From Anthoceros angustus (Eukaryota > Plantae > Anthocerotophyta): a stretch of DNA of 64,000 bases. Made by a program: the position numbers and the translations under genes. The notes under the pieces were generated by a model that did not search any database, had not been told where the DNA came from, and was given only the letters and a program-made list of their open reading frames with translations. This document shows positions 12,250-23,350 of the stretch, in pieces. The stretch is taken from the NCBI GenBank assembly GCA_010909165.1, contig VJWM01000282.1:1-64000 (forward strand), read 5' to 3'. How positions within the stretch are numbered: the stretch's first letter is position 1; the number at the start of each line of letters is the position of its first letter.

Positions 12250-12478
12250 CCGCCGACCCAGATCAGGAGATCATCAAGGCGATGGAAACCTTCGCAGAAA
12301 ATTTTGGAGTCCATGAATGCATGCAAGTATGAAGAGGCTATGTTGGCCATCACCGCCGCCCTCACTAGTTAAAGTCAGGTCATCTCCGCCCTCACTAGTT
12401 AAAGTATACAAAAGCAAGCAAACAAAAGCAACGTTCTCTGGAGGACAGATTTCAGCACTGGACAATTCTTCAGTATTC

Positions 12479-13036
12479 TCACGGGCGACCCTTACAACTG
12501 CAACAACCATTTCTGAATGCACCCGATACCCATCCCTTACAACTATGTCTCTCTGTTCAAGCCTTGACATGATCTCTGTGGAACTATGGCAGTCACTGCA
12601 CATGCGTAGATTCTTCGTTACCACCAGAGCTGTCCCACTCGGAGTGTTCAACAGACCAAACGCCAAAGCTAGCTTCTCAGCATGCCCACATAACGCATCT
12701 TCCTTTTCCTTCTCACAAAGTGGCTTCAATACCAACTTTGTGTGAGGTAAGTGGCCTCCTTCGTGCTTCAGACGTGCATTCGTGCTCTCTACCTTTTAGG
12801 CAATATCATCTCTTCTTTCTCCAACCGAAAATGTGTGTACCCGCTTCTTCACCTCAATGCTCGCCACTGCAGGCTTCTTGTTACCATTCTCTGGGTTTCA
12901 ATCCTGTCTACATCGGTTCACCTACCTGCATCTGCATAGGCATTGGCCATGAGCACATACGCAAACGCCCATTGAGGGTCCAGCCTCACAATGCTCTCAA
13001 AACACCACAATGCCCTCTCTACATCCCCGTGACTTT
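12479..13036 (-). pseudogene. 5'-truncated PPR E1/E2/DYW:KP(GRP) remnant
   Basis: LCGHAEKLALAFGLLNTP, MCSDCHSS and ...CKGRP-stop at 12479; small deletions; 3' flank resembles that of 17816+. Confidence 0.85.
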
Positions 13037-14405
13037 ATAAAATATGGCTTTACAGCCAAAGTGTCCTTGCTTGTACCCATCTTTTTTTATTTGAGAACTG
13101 AAATGAGAATCTATGTATATACATGACATATCTCTACTCCTGGCCGAAAGGTCCTCGAGTCTCTCAAGCGTCTTTCTTAGAATAAGCACCCCATCCTAAT
13201 AGTCCAACTGCCCAGGGGCGATTGACGATGGAGGTCCTAAGACCTCATGCCTCCTTGTCCAACTTGTGGCTTGGACAAGGAGCACAAACACCTAGGTACT
13301 TCACATCCTGTATCATTTTGTGCCCAAAACGTAGAACCATGACGACGTTATTTTTCCTGGGTACCCAAAGGAAAACCGTCTGCACCACCCTTCAGGGTGG
13401 TGTGGTCATACACAGTACCTGGGCGCTCTGCCATAGTGTGTTGTTAGACTCATGTTCCGACCGCGCGGTCCCTGAACGATGGCCACGGTATGGCAACCGG
13501 ACCCGTTGTGGACCCAACAGATTGGTGTGCGTACAGGGATTCTACGAGGAGCTCCCACTCACCTCATCTCAGGGAGTGAATCCCTGGCAAACAACCATGC
13601 CTCCAGGTGCAGCAGTGTAAGGAGCCCAGCACTTTCACTCCCGAGAAAATGTGGGTGGGTTTCAATCCTGTCTACATCGGTTCACCTACCTGCATCTGCA
13701 TAGGCATTGGCCATGAGCACATACGCAAACGCCCATTGAGGGTCCAGCCTCACAATGCTCTCAAAACACCACAATGCCCTCTCTACATCCCCGTGACTTT
13801 ATAAAATATGGCTTTACAGCCAAAGTGTCCTTGCTTGTACCCATCTTTTTTTATTTGAGAACTGAAATGAGAATCTATGTATATACATGACATATCTCTA
13901 CTCCTGGCCGAAAGGTCCTCGAGTCTCTCAAGCGTCTTTCTTAGAATAAGCACCCCATCCTAATAGTCCAACTGCCCAGGGGCGATTGACGATGGAGGTC
14001 CTAAGACCTCATGCCTCCTTGTCCAACTTGTGGCTTGGACAAGGAGCACACCTAGGTACTTCACATCCTGTATCATTTTGTACCGTAGAACCATGACGAC
14101 GTTATTTTTCCTGGGAAAGGAAAACCGTCTGCACCACCCTTCAGGGTGGTGTGGTCATCACAGTACCTGGGCGCTCTGCCATAGTGTTGTTAGACTCATG
14201 TTCCGACCGCGCGGTCCCTGAACGATGGCCACGGTATGGCAACCGGACCCGTTGTGGACCCAACAGATTGGTGTGCGTACAGGGATTCTACGAGGAGCTC
14301 CCACTCACCTCATCTCAGGGAGTGAATCCCTGGCAAACAACCATGCCTCCAGGTGCAGCAGTGTAAGGAGCCCAGCACTTTCACTCCCGAGCAAGTCTGT
14401 GGGTG
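12892..14405. repeat. ~760-bp tandem duplication (12892-13655 / 13656-~14405)
   Basis: Near-identical copies differing by small indels; TGGGT microhomology at the junction. Confidence 0.9.
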
Positions 14406-17400
14406 GTGACGAGGTATTCAGCGATGGTCGTCGTCAGGAGGAGGAGCACTTGTGGCAACAATTCTTTCTGGATCCCACCATGTGGTGGGACAACAGACGA
14501 AATAAGAGGAGCTTCCGTTCGCCTGACTTCCGTCGTAAGGGGTCCGGTGAGGTCCTGTGGTTAAACAAGTTTAAGCCAGCTTGGGTTGATGAGCAGCTGG
14601 TTTCCTTGGATATGCAGATGGGTCATGGTGCCTCTCCTTGCAAGTCGAGCTCTCCAGATAAGCCTGGACCTGGCAACCGTGAAGAATGGCGAATAGGAGT
14701 CGTCACGGCTGGAACCGTGAGCATGTTATGTCAGCAGGGAAAGCTTTCTGAGGCCGTTGGAGCCCTGGAATCTCTGGCGCAGAGAGACTGTGCCATCTCC
14801 GAGTCTCTGTTGTATACTGTGCTGAAACTGTGTACAGCTAAGAAGGATTTGATTGTGGGGCGACGAGTTCATGATCTCAGCGTCAAACTTGGACACGAGT
14901 CGAATGCATACTTGGGGAACCATATCTTGCGCATGTATGCATCTGGAGGTCGGCTAGAGGAGGCCATGGATGTGCTCACCAGGGTGAGCAAACCAGATGC
15001 CTTCATGTGGTCTTCCATAATCTCGGCATACGCCAAGCATGGGAAACCTAATGAGGCCGTACAACTGTACCATGAGATGCGTAGGTTAGGAGTGAAGGCG
15101 GATGCTCACGTCTTTGTAGCTGCCCTTCAAGCTTGTGCATTTGCCGCCGACTTGGAATCTGGCAGAAAAGTGCACTGTGATGTGTTGCACAGTGGCATTC
15201 CTCCTGACTTGTTTGTTGCCAACTGCCTGGTGGACATGTATGCAAAATGTGGCGAACTGAAAGATGCACGCCAGGTTTTTGACAGCATGGCCACAAAGGA
15301 CGTAGTAACATGGAATGCGCTGATATCTGGGTATGCAAAATGTGGTGAACTGAGAGATGCACAGCAGGTTTTTGACAGCATGAAGAAGAAGAATGTGGTC
15401 ACATGGAATGCGCTGATCGCTGGGTATGCCGAAAAAGGGCTCGGACATGATGCGCTTGTTGTGTTTGAACAAATGGAGCACGAGGGCCTCATTTTGGCTG
15501 ACCATGTCACTTTTGCATCCCTTCTAAAGGCCTGTGCAAGCACTGGTGCCTTACAGACGGGCAGGCAGCTGCACTCACTGATTGTCAACAGAGGACTACT
15601 GGATAACATAGTCATGGGCACCTGCCTGGTGGACATGTATGCAAAATGTGGTGAACTGGAAGAGGCACGCCAGGTTTTTGACAGCTTGGCCACAAAGAAT
15701 GTGGTGACATGGAATGCTGATATCTGGGTATGCACAGCAAGGGCTCGGCCAAGAGGCGCTTGTTGTGTATGGACAAATGGAGGAGGGCCTGATTTTGGCT
15801 GACCATGTTACTTTTGCCTTCTGAAGGCCTGTGCAAGCACTGGTGCCTTACAGAAGGGCAGGCAGCTGCACTCACAGATTGTCAAAGAGGACTGCTGGAT
15901 AACATAGTGTTGGGCACCTGCCTGGTGGACATGTATGCAAAATGTGGTGAACTGGAAGATGCACGCCAGGTTTTTGACAGCTTGGCCACAAAGGATGTGG
16001 TGACATGGAATGCCCTGATTGCTGGGTATGCAGCAGAGCCAAGAGGCGCTTGTTGTATGGACAAATGGAGCAGGAGGGCCTGATTTTGGCTGACCATGTT
16101 ACTTTTGCTTGCCTTCTGAAGGCCTGTGCAAGCACTGGTGCCTTACAGAAGGGCAGGCAGCTGCACTCACAGATTGTCAAAGAGGACTGCTGGATAACGT
16201 AGTGTGGCAACTGCCTGGTGGACATGTATGCAAAATGTGGTGAACTGGAAGATGCACGCCAGGTTTTTGACAGCTTGGCCACAAAGGATGTGGTGACATG
16301 GAATGCCCTGATTGCTGGGTATGCACAGCAAGGACTTGGCCAAGAGGCGCTTGTTGTGTATGGACAAATGGAGCAGGAAGGCCTCATTTTGGCTGACCAT
16401 GTTACTTTTGCTTGCCTTCTGAAGGCCTGTGCAAGCACTGGTGCCTTACAGAAGGGCAGGCAGCTGCACTCACAGATTGTGGAAAGAGGACTGCTGGATA
16501 ACGTAGTGTTGGGAACCTGCCTGGTGGACATGTATGCAAAATGTGGTGAACTGGAAGATGCACGCCAGGTTTTTGACAGCATGAACACAAAGAATGTGGT
16601 GACATGGAATGCCCTGATTGCTGGGTATGCACAGCAAGGACTTGGCCAAGAGGCGCTTGTTGTGTATGGACAAATGGAGCAGGAGGGCCTCATTTTGGCT
16701 GACCATGTTACTTTTGCTTGCCTTCTGAAGGCCTGTGCAAGCACTGGTGCCTTACAGAAGGGCAGGCAGCTGCACTCACAGATTGTGGAAAGAGGACTGC
16801 TGGATAACGTAGTGTTGGGCAACTGCCTGGTGGACATGTATGCAAAATGTGGTGAACTGGAAGATGCACGCCAGGTTTTTGACAGCATGAACACAAAGAA
16901 TGTGGTGACATGGAATGCCCTGATATCTGGGTATGGTACTTCCGACGATGGTCATCAAGCACTAGCTTGTTTTGATGAGATGTTAGCTGCCGGTATTCGG
17001 CCTGATGGAGCTACTTTTACTTGCCTTCTAGTAGCGTGCAGTCATGAGGGACTAGTCACAGAGGGTCGAAAGCACTTTGATTCCATGGCTGAACAGCATG
17101 GCATCAAACCTACTATTGAGCATTACACGTGCATGATTGATCTTCTTGGGCGTGCCGGCCATTTAGATGAGGCTGAGAAGATGCTATGGTCATGTGAGGG
17201 CCAAAATGATGTTGTGGGTTTGACGTCTTTGTTGAATTCCTGCAAAAGTCACGGGAATTTAGAGAAGGCAATGTGGTGTTTTGAAAGCATTGTTAGACTG
17301 GATCCTCAGCGGGCGTCTGCATATGTGCTCATGGCCAATGCCTACGCAGATGCAGGTAGGTGGACCGATGTCGACAGGATTGAAACGCAGAGAATAGCAG

Positions 17401-17816
17401 CAGGAGCGAACAAGACACCTGCAGTGGCAACCATTGAGGTGAATAAGCAGGTACATAGATTTCTGGTGGGAGAAAGAAAAGAGGATATTGCGCTAATGGT
17501 AGAGAGTACCAACGCACGTCTGAAGCAGGAAGGAGGCCACGTACCTCACACAAAGTTGGTGTTGAAGCCATTGTGTGAGAAGGAAAAGGAAGACGCGCTT
17601 TGTGGGCATGCTGAGAAACTAGCTCTGGCGTTTGGTCTCTTGAGCACTCCAAGTGGAACACCTCTAATCGTAACGAAGAACCTACGCATGTGCAGTGACT
17701 GCCACAGTTCCACGGAGATTCTGTCAAGGCTTGAACAGAGAGACATCGTTGTTAGGGATGGGTACCGGGTGCATCGATTTGCAAATGGTTGTTGCAGTTG
17801 TAAGGGTCGCCCGTGA
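14225..17816 (+). CDS. PDF-motif + PLS-class PPR + E1/E2 + DYW:KP (GRP) protein, candidate U-to-C RNA editing factor (frameshifts at 15720-16210 probably assembly errors)
   Basis: ORFs 14225..15802, 15805..16083, 16005..16202 and 16218..17816. PDF motif 14447-14599; five near-identical 306-bp PLS triplets; P2L2S2E1E2; KTPAVATIEV in place of the PG box; HAEKLA; CSDCH; C-terminal CSCKGRP. Confidence 0.9.
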
Positions 17817-18200
17817 GAAGAATTAAAGAACCAGCGAGTGATGAAATCTGTCCGCTGAGAATGTTTCTTTTTAAGCTTGGGGGTGAATGTGCTTGCTTAA
17901 CTCCACCCCTCCCCTGTAGGGACTGAGGCATGGATGGATGGCTAACACTGATCTACCTCTCATCATAACATAAATAGTCACAAGGAATGAACGTCTTTTT
18001 TTGTGGTGGAATGAAGACCACTCAAATGAACAAAAATTGATTGATTTAGCTAATAGAGCGGTCTGTGGTATATCGATCTCGTCAGCGAGCGATTTGTGTA
18101 TGAGAACACTATTTTCGGCTCTATTGTACATAGCCTCAGCTTCTTCCAAATTCTAAGATATTATACATTCCACATCAGCCCGGGACGGCCTAATGCAGCA

Positions 18201-19540
18201 GAAAAGTTTTTATCACACAACTTGACCACCTGGTTTTCGGATCTTGTGATCCATTTTTCCGAAAAGTTTTTATCACACAACTTGACCACCTGGTGTTTGG
18301 ATCTTGTCATCCATTTTTTCTTCTGGCGTTTTGTGCTTTTGTTGGACTTGCACGACATACACATGTTTTATGCACATGCTTGCTGTGGATATGTATGGGC
18401 CCCCGTGCAAAGGCTCCGCTCAGCTTCACTCCCCCCGTGCGAAGGCTCCGCTCAGCTTCACTCCCGTTCATTTTGTTTCTAAGACATGGGGATTGTGGTG
18501 ACTGTTGTTGCATGGTGCTGTAGGTGCCTGGAAGGAGGACAGTTCAACAATCAACTCGGAAGCTGTTGTTGCATGGTGCTGTAGGTGCCTGGAAGGAGGA
18601 CGGTCCAACAATCAACTCGGAAGCTATTGTTGCATGGTGCTGTAGGTGCCCGAAAGGAGGACGGTCCAATAATCAACTCGGAAGCGGCTGAGGTTATGTT
18701 CGTCATTGATTGGGAGGTCTCAAGCCTGTCGTAGGACTATTGGAACCTAAGCTATTAGCACCTAAACCCTAAACTTGAGTCACACAAACAAAAAAATGTT
18801 GTATCAAAGATTCTTATATGACACACTTGACGACATCGGTACATCGGGGGCGGCTGTCATGGACTGACAAGAGGTACATGGGGGGCGGCTGTCGTGGTAC
18901 ATGGGGGGCGGTTGTCATGGACTGACAAGAGGCTGTGTACATAATAAAGCTATAGGCCAAATGTCAATGTGTGTCCAAATGGCTTAGGCCAAATGGACAC
19001 ACATTGATAAGAACGCCGTGATTAAGCATCCTGAGCTTAGATCGGTACTTAGATGGGGTGCTTAAAAGGAATGGATGCCCTTGGTGCAAGTAGCTTAGAT
19101 CGGTACTTAGATGGGGTGCTTAAAAGGAATGGATGCCCTTGGTGCAAGTAGCTTAGGCACACCATGGTACAAGTTGTCAAGTACCAAGTCCCATGACGGA
19201 AATCCGTCCTCAGTGGACTCAAATAAAATTCTTCTTCTTCTTCTATAGGTTGTGTAGCTAGGATGCATGATGGATGATGCCATAGGTGCATGACATGTGT
19301 ATTGACCGATGTATGGCATGTGGCACGTGGATGGGCATGGACATAAGGATTTGTCCACAAATATTAATCATAGAATATTAGGTTAAGGGACAAAGGGATA
19401 TTCATAGCATAGATATTTAGATATTATCTAGCAGGCTAACATCGAGATAAAGCAAATATGATAGCGAGATAAAAGGCAGCCATAGGCTTTATATGAAATA
19501 TGATAGCGAGATAAAAGGCAGCCATAGGCTTTATATGTAG
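18201..19540. repeat. Cluster of short tandem duplications (60 bp x2 at 18201, 32 bp x2 at 18401, 61 bp x3 at 18502, GGTACATGGGGGGCGG-type repeats 18838-18932, 58 bp x2 at 19034, 42 bp x2 at 19454)
   Basis: Read directly from the sequence. Confidence 0.85.
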
Positions 19541-19649
19541 GGCTTGGGGGCCATTTAGAACTTGGATTAGCACATGTCATCACTATCTGATAGATTATCT
19601 TATTGATAATAAAGGTAGACATACTTGTCCCACATCTTGTCCCTTTCCT

Positions 19650-22600
19650 TGCATCTTGTTAGGTGTGTTAGCATCCCAGGTGGCTGGGAGCGCTTTTCAC
19701 ACATCTGCTAATCCAACAAGTTGCATGGATTGGACTTGGTGTTTCGTTGAAGATCGCTGCAATTGGAGTCTAGAGGGAAGAAGCTGGAGTAGCTGCCCAC
19801 AAGTCAGGCCGAAGAGCTGTCAGGCAAGAGTTGCAAGTTGTCAGAAGATGACAGCATCGGTTATGTAAGTAGGCAATGGGTGATAGAGCTCCTATTGATT
19901 ATTCGCAGTTGTTTTACAGCAATAGATCCATTGCTGAGTGGGCTAGTCTACCACAATTATAACCAGTTGAGTTCTGGGAGAGGCATAGAGGCTATTGACC
20001 TATTAGCTTGCGTAGCTGATTGGTATGAAGTAGGAGTATCATATGATGATGTTCCTGAGGTAGTTAGGCACAGGAGGAGGTCCGCTAACTAGGCACGGTT
20101 GTGCTAAGGTCTGGTTAGACGAACGAGTAGATGCCTGTGCAGAAAGCCAGAGAGGGGATTCCACAGCAGTGGCCCTCAACCAGGAAGACTGGTGGTTTTC
20201 ATTTGTGCAGTGGACCCATTCGGACTTTACAATTTGAAGAAGCGGAGTACAATCCAGTCAAGATGGAAGGTGAAGTGATTCTGAGTGAGAATGATGTCTT
20301 CACGGGAAGGCATGGGACCATGTCGCCAGCAGATTTTGCTCCGATGAGGACTCGATGAAATGAGGTTAAAATACAGGAAGCAGTTCACGACAGAAATGGC
20401 CCATTGAAGACGTCACGACAGGGGAAGAGAAGATGTCTGTCAATCACCTGGTAAATATTGTGTTTGACAAATTGATAGACATGTTTCCTAGTTCGTCTTT
20501 GGAGAAAATTCAGGAGTTGTCCGGTTTTTCATTCAAAGCTAGTGAGCCGTTGAGAACAGCATATCTCAAGCTAAGGCAATTGGTGGTGGACACCAAGGTA
20601 AAGACGATGAGGGAAGCTGCTGAGATTTTTATTGCTGCTCTGAATCTTAGGCAGCGTAGAAAAGTTGCTGATGCGATGTGCACATGATTCATGGAGAAGC
20701 CTATGATCTCAAGGAGGCATATTCAATAGCAGAGAAGGTGCTCAGGGGAGACATTGTCACCAGTAATTACTTGGAAGAGCACAACTTGGTGAGAAGGAGC
20801 CATTCAGGCAACCAAGGTGCTAGCGAGATACCGATGAAATCGGGATATGGGCGGCAAGGCGGTTGTCACAGCTACCGAAATCTGCAGAAGGAAATTATAG
20901 TGATCTTTGGAACAATCAGTGAGAAGTGCATACAGTGTCATGCATATGAAGCACATCGATCAGGAGAATGTGACTACAGGCCTAGAGCGTCGAAGGGCAA
21001 GGAGAATTGCAAGGCGTGTAACAGGTGGGGTCACACCGAGGTGGCTTGTTGGCAAGCTTATCCAGAGCTTCGTCCAAAGGAATCTGTCAGAGACACAGAG
21101 AAGCCAAAGACAAAGAGCGGATCCAAGGAAGGCGCTCATGAGCCAGGTGCAACAGCTGCAAAACAAGCTGGCTCGAAGCATGACTGTGCGCTCCAGTGAG
21201 GCACCCAATGAAGAATCTGATTCTGAAGAAGAGTTGTACGCCTTGGCAGCCAGGAGGGCAGTTGGGATGCACAAGAAGGCCATAGTTGACCTTGGTGTAG
21301 GAATCACTGAGAAGGTGGCAGAGCCGCGTGACCAACCAAGAATGCCAAAGTCATTCAGGCAGTTGGATGGTGAGGGTGTGAGCACGGTCACGGGTAAGCA
21401 GTCCCAGAACACACAGTTGTTGCTAGACAAGGCTATGGAAATTCCCGTCGTGAGCCTTCGTGATTTGGGAGTCTCCTCAATTCAAACAAGTGATGCAGGC
21501 GTGGATCCGTGCAGTAACTTGTGTTGGTGATTCTGTAGCTGGAATGCTCAGCTTGTGTGGAGATCACTTGAAACCAGGTGCTAGAGGTCAAGGCGGAGTG
21601 GCCATGGTGGCCAACGCAGGACGAGAAATCACCTTTGATGGTTTCACTCCAAAGCAGGTGCTCGTGGATACTAGAGCAGATTCAGTCCTCTTGGGAGCAC
21701 GAGTGCAGGAGGCGCTCAAGCTGTACGGCAGCAAATTAGTCACCAATGACGTGACAATAACGACTTCAGTAGGGACGAAAGCACTTGTTTTGGGGATGAC
21801 CAAGGAGCTTGTAAAAATCGAACCGAAGCCAGGTACACCAGGTGCGTGTGTGGTTGAAGTCAGTGTCTTGTCACGAATGCAAGGACCTACGATATCTTGC
21901 CTCGCCCAGATGCGACTCATGGGCCTGCAATGGGGGTGGATCCCTTGCACGCCGTCGCATTCTATAGGCCTGGTTGGAAGGATGGCGATTTCACCAGGGT
22001 GGCGAGGATACCTTTGGACATGCAAAGGCTGTCTGGAAAAAGCAAGACGATGGTGGCTCATGGTGCTGTGTCCGCTTTCTCAGCTCACAGTGAGCATCAA
22101 AGGGAAATGATCTCTCCACTCACCATTCTCATCCTTCTTCAGAGGTATGACTGTGGCAGCTGCACTTCTTAGTAAGAAGTGCTGCATTTCTTACTAAGAA
22201 GTGCAGTTTTGCTTTTCAGGAGATATATAGAGTATCTTGAGCATAAGATTGTGCCATAAGGGATCATGCCACACCTGGCAAAGGTTCAGGTTGTGATGCA
22301 GATGCCTAGGCCACGAGATGTTGCAGCATTGAGGGCTTTCCTAGGCTTGGTCAATTGTTATCGCAGGTTCATGAAGGACACGAGGGCGATTTGCAAGCCG
22401 TTGTATGACCTACTCAAGAAGGATATGGCTTGGCAGTGGGAGTTGGAGCATGAAGCACCGTGGCAGGAGCTGAAAGGTCAGTTTGCAGAAAGGCCCATGC
22501 TGGCTCAACCAGATTGTGAGAGACCATTTGTCTTACACAAAGACTGAAGCATTGCGGGGATTGGAGCCGTGCTTTCTCAAGTGACAGAACAAGGAGAGGA

Positions 22601-23350
22601 GCGTGTTGTGGCGTATGCCAGCAAGTCCAACAATTCAATATAGGCCAATTATTCGTCCTACGAGGGTGAGTGCCTGGCTGCAGTTTGGGCAACGTTGCAT
22701 TTTCGTGTGTATCTGTTTGGAAGAAGGTTTCAATTGGTGACAGATCACCAGCCCCTATACTGGCTCATGACAAACATGAAACTCAGCGGGAAACTGGCAA
22801 GGTGGGCTTTGCTACTATCAGAATATGACATGGAGATTGTGCATAAGGCAGGAAAAATACATTTGAATGCTGACTGTTTAAGCAAAAATCCAATACATAA
22901 TGATACAGACGTGACTGAACACGCCATGACCAAGTCCGAGAGATGCCCATTATGTTTGTCGCTCTTATGGCTCAGGAAGATGAGGAGTTTGAGCATGTTG
23001 TGTTAGGAGAATCCAGCAAAGACATCTGGAAGCAGGAAAAAACCATTCAATTTCTGCAGCATGGCAAGGTAGATGGTCAGATGTTGCCATCTCAGCTGTC
23101 CAGGTTGCAACGACGAGTTGCCAGGTACACTTGGCAGGATGGCAAGCTTATGGTGCAGGATGGTGAAGTATAGAAGGAGGTACCACCACCAGCAGACAAA
23201 AGTGCGATTGTACTCAAGGTACATGAGACCTTAGGACATTTTGGTGTCAAGAGGACACACCATATGTTGAAGAGTGCTTACGTTTGGTCAGGTATGTACA
23301 AGGATGTTGAGAATACAGTGGCCAAGTGTGCATCATGTGATGCCGTGAAA
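19650..23350 (+). mobile_element. Degenerate Ty3/Gypsy element; sister of 56750-63700 with an internal deletion; truncated by a CACTA end
   Basis: gag with C/H knuckles, protease VLVDTRAD, RT tail LRAFLGLVNCYRRF, RH TDHQPL/ARWALLL, integrase H..LGHFGVKRT and CASCD. Peptides shared with the minus copy include HLKPxARG, NDVFxGRHG and IPLDM. Confidence 0.88.

Noticed and set aside
15720-16210. Calling the GRP genes pseudogenes, or invoking programmed frameshifting
   Set aside because: Indels cluster in near-identical repeats and are mostly small deletions typical of unpolished long reads; catalytic motifs are intact.
15048-16962. Long antisense ORFs over the PPR arrays (also 36618-38957, 29043-29390)
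   Set aside because: Shadow frames of the repetitive PPR coding sequence; no independent features.
18502-18684. 61-bp x3 and 29-bp x4 repeats as CRISPR-like arrays
   Set aside because: Head-to-tail repeats with no unique spacers; eukaryotic context; no cas genes.
19335-19633. 5' LTR of the plus-strand Gypsy
   Set aside because: AT-rich and ends GTCCCACA, but there is no partner LTR, clear PBS or TSD in the window.
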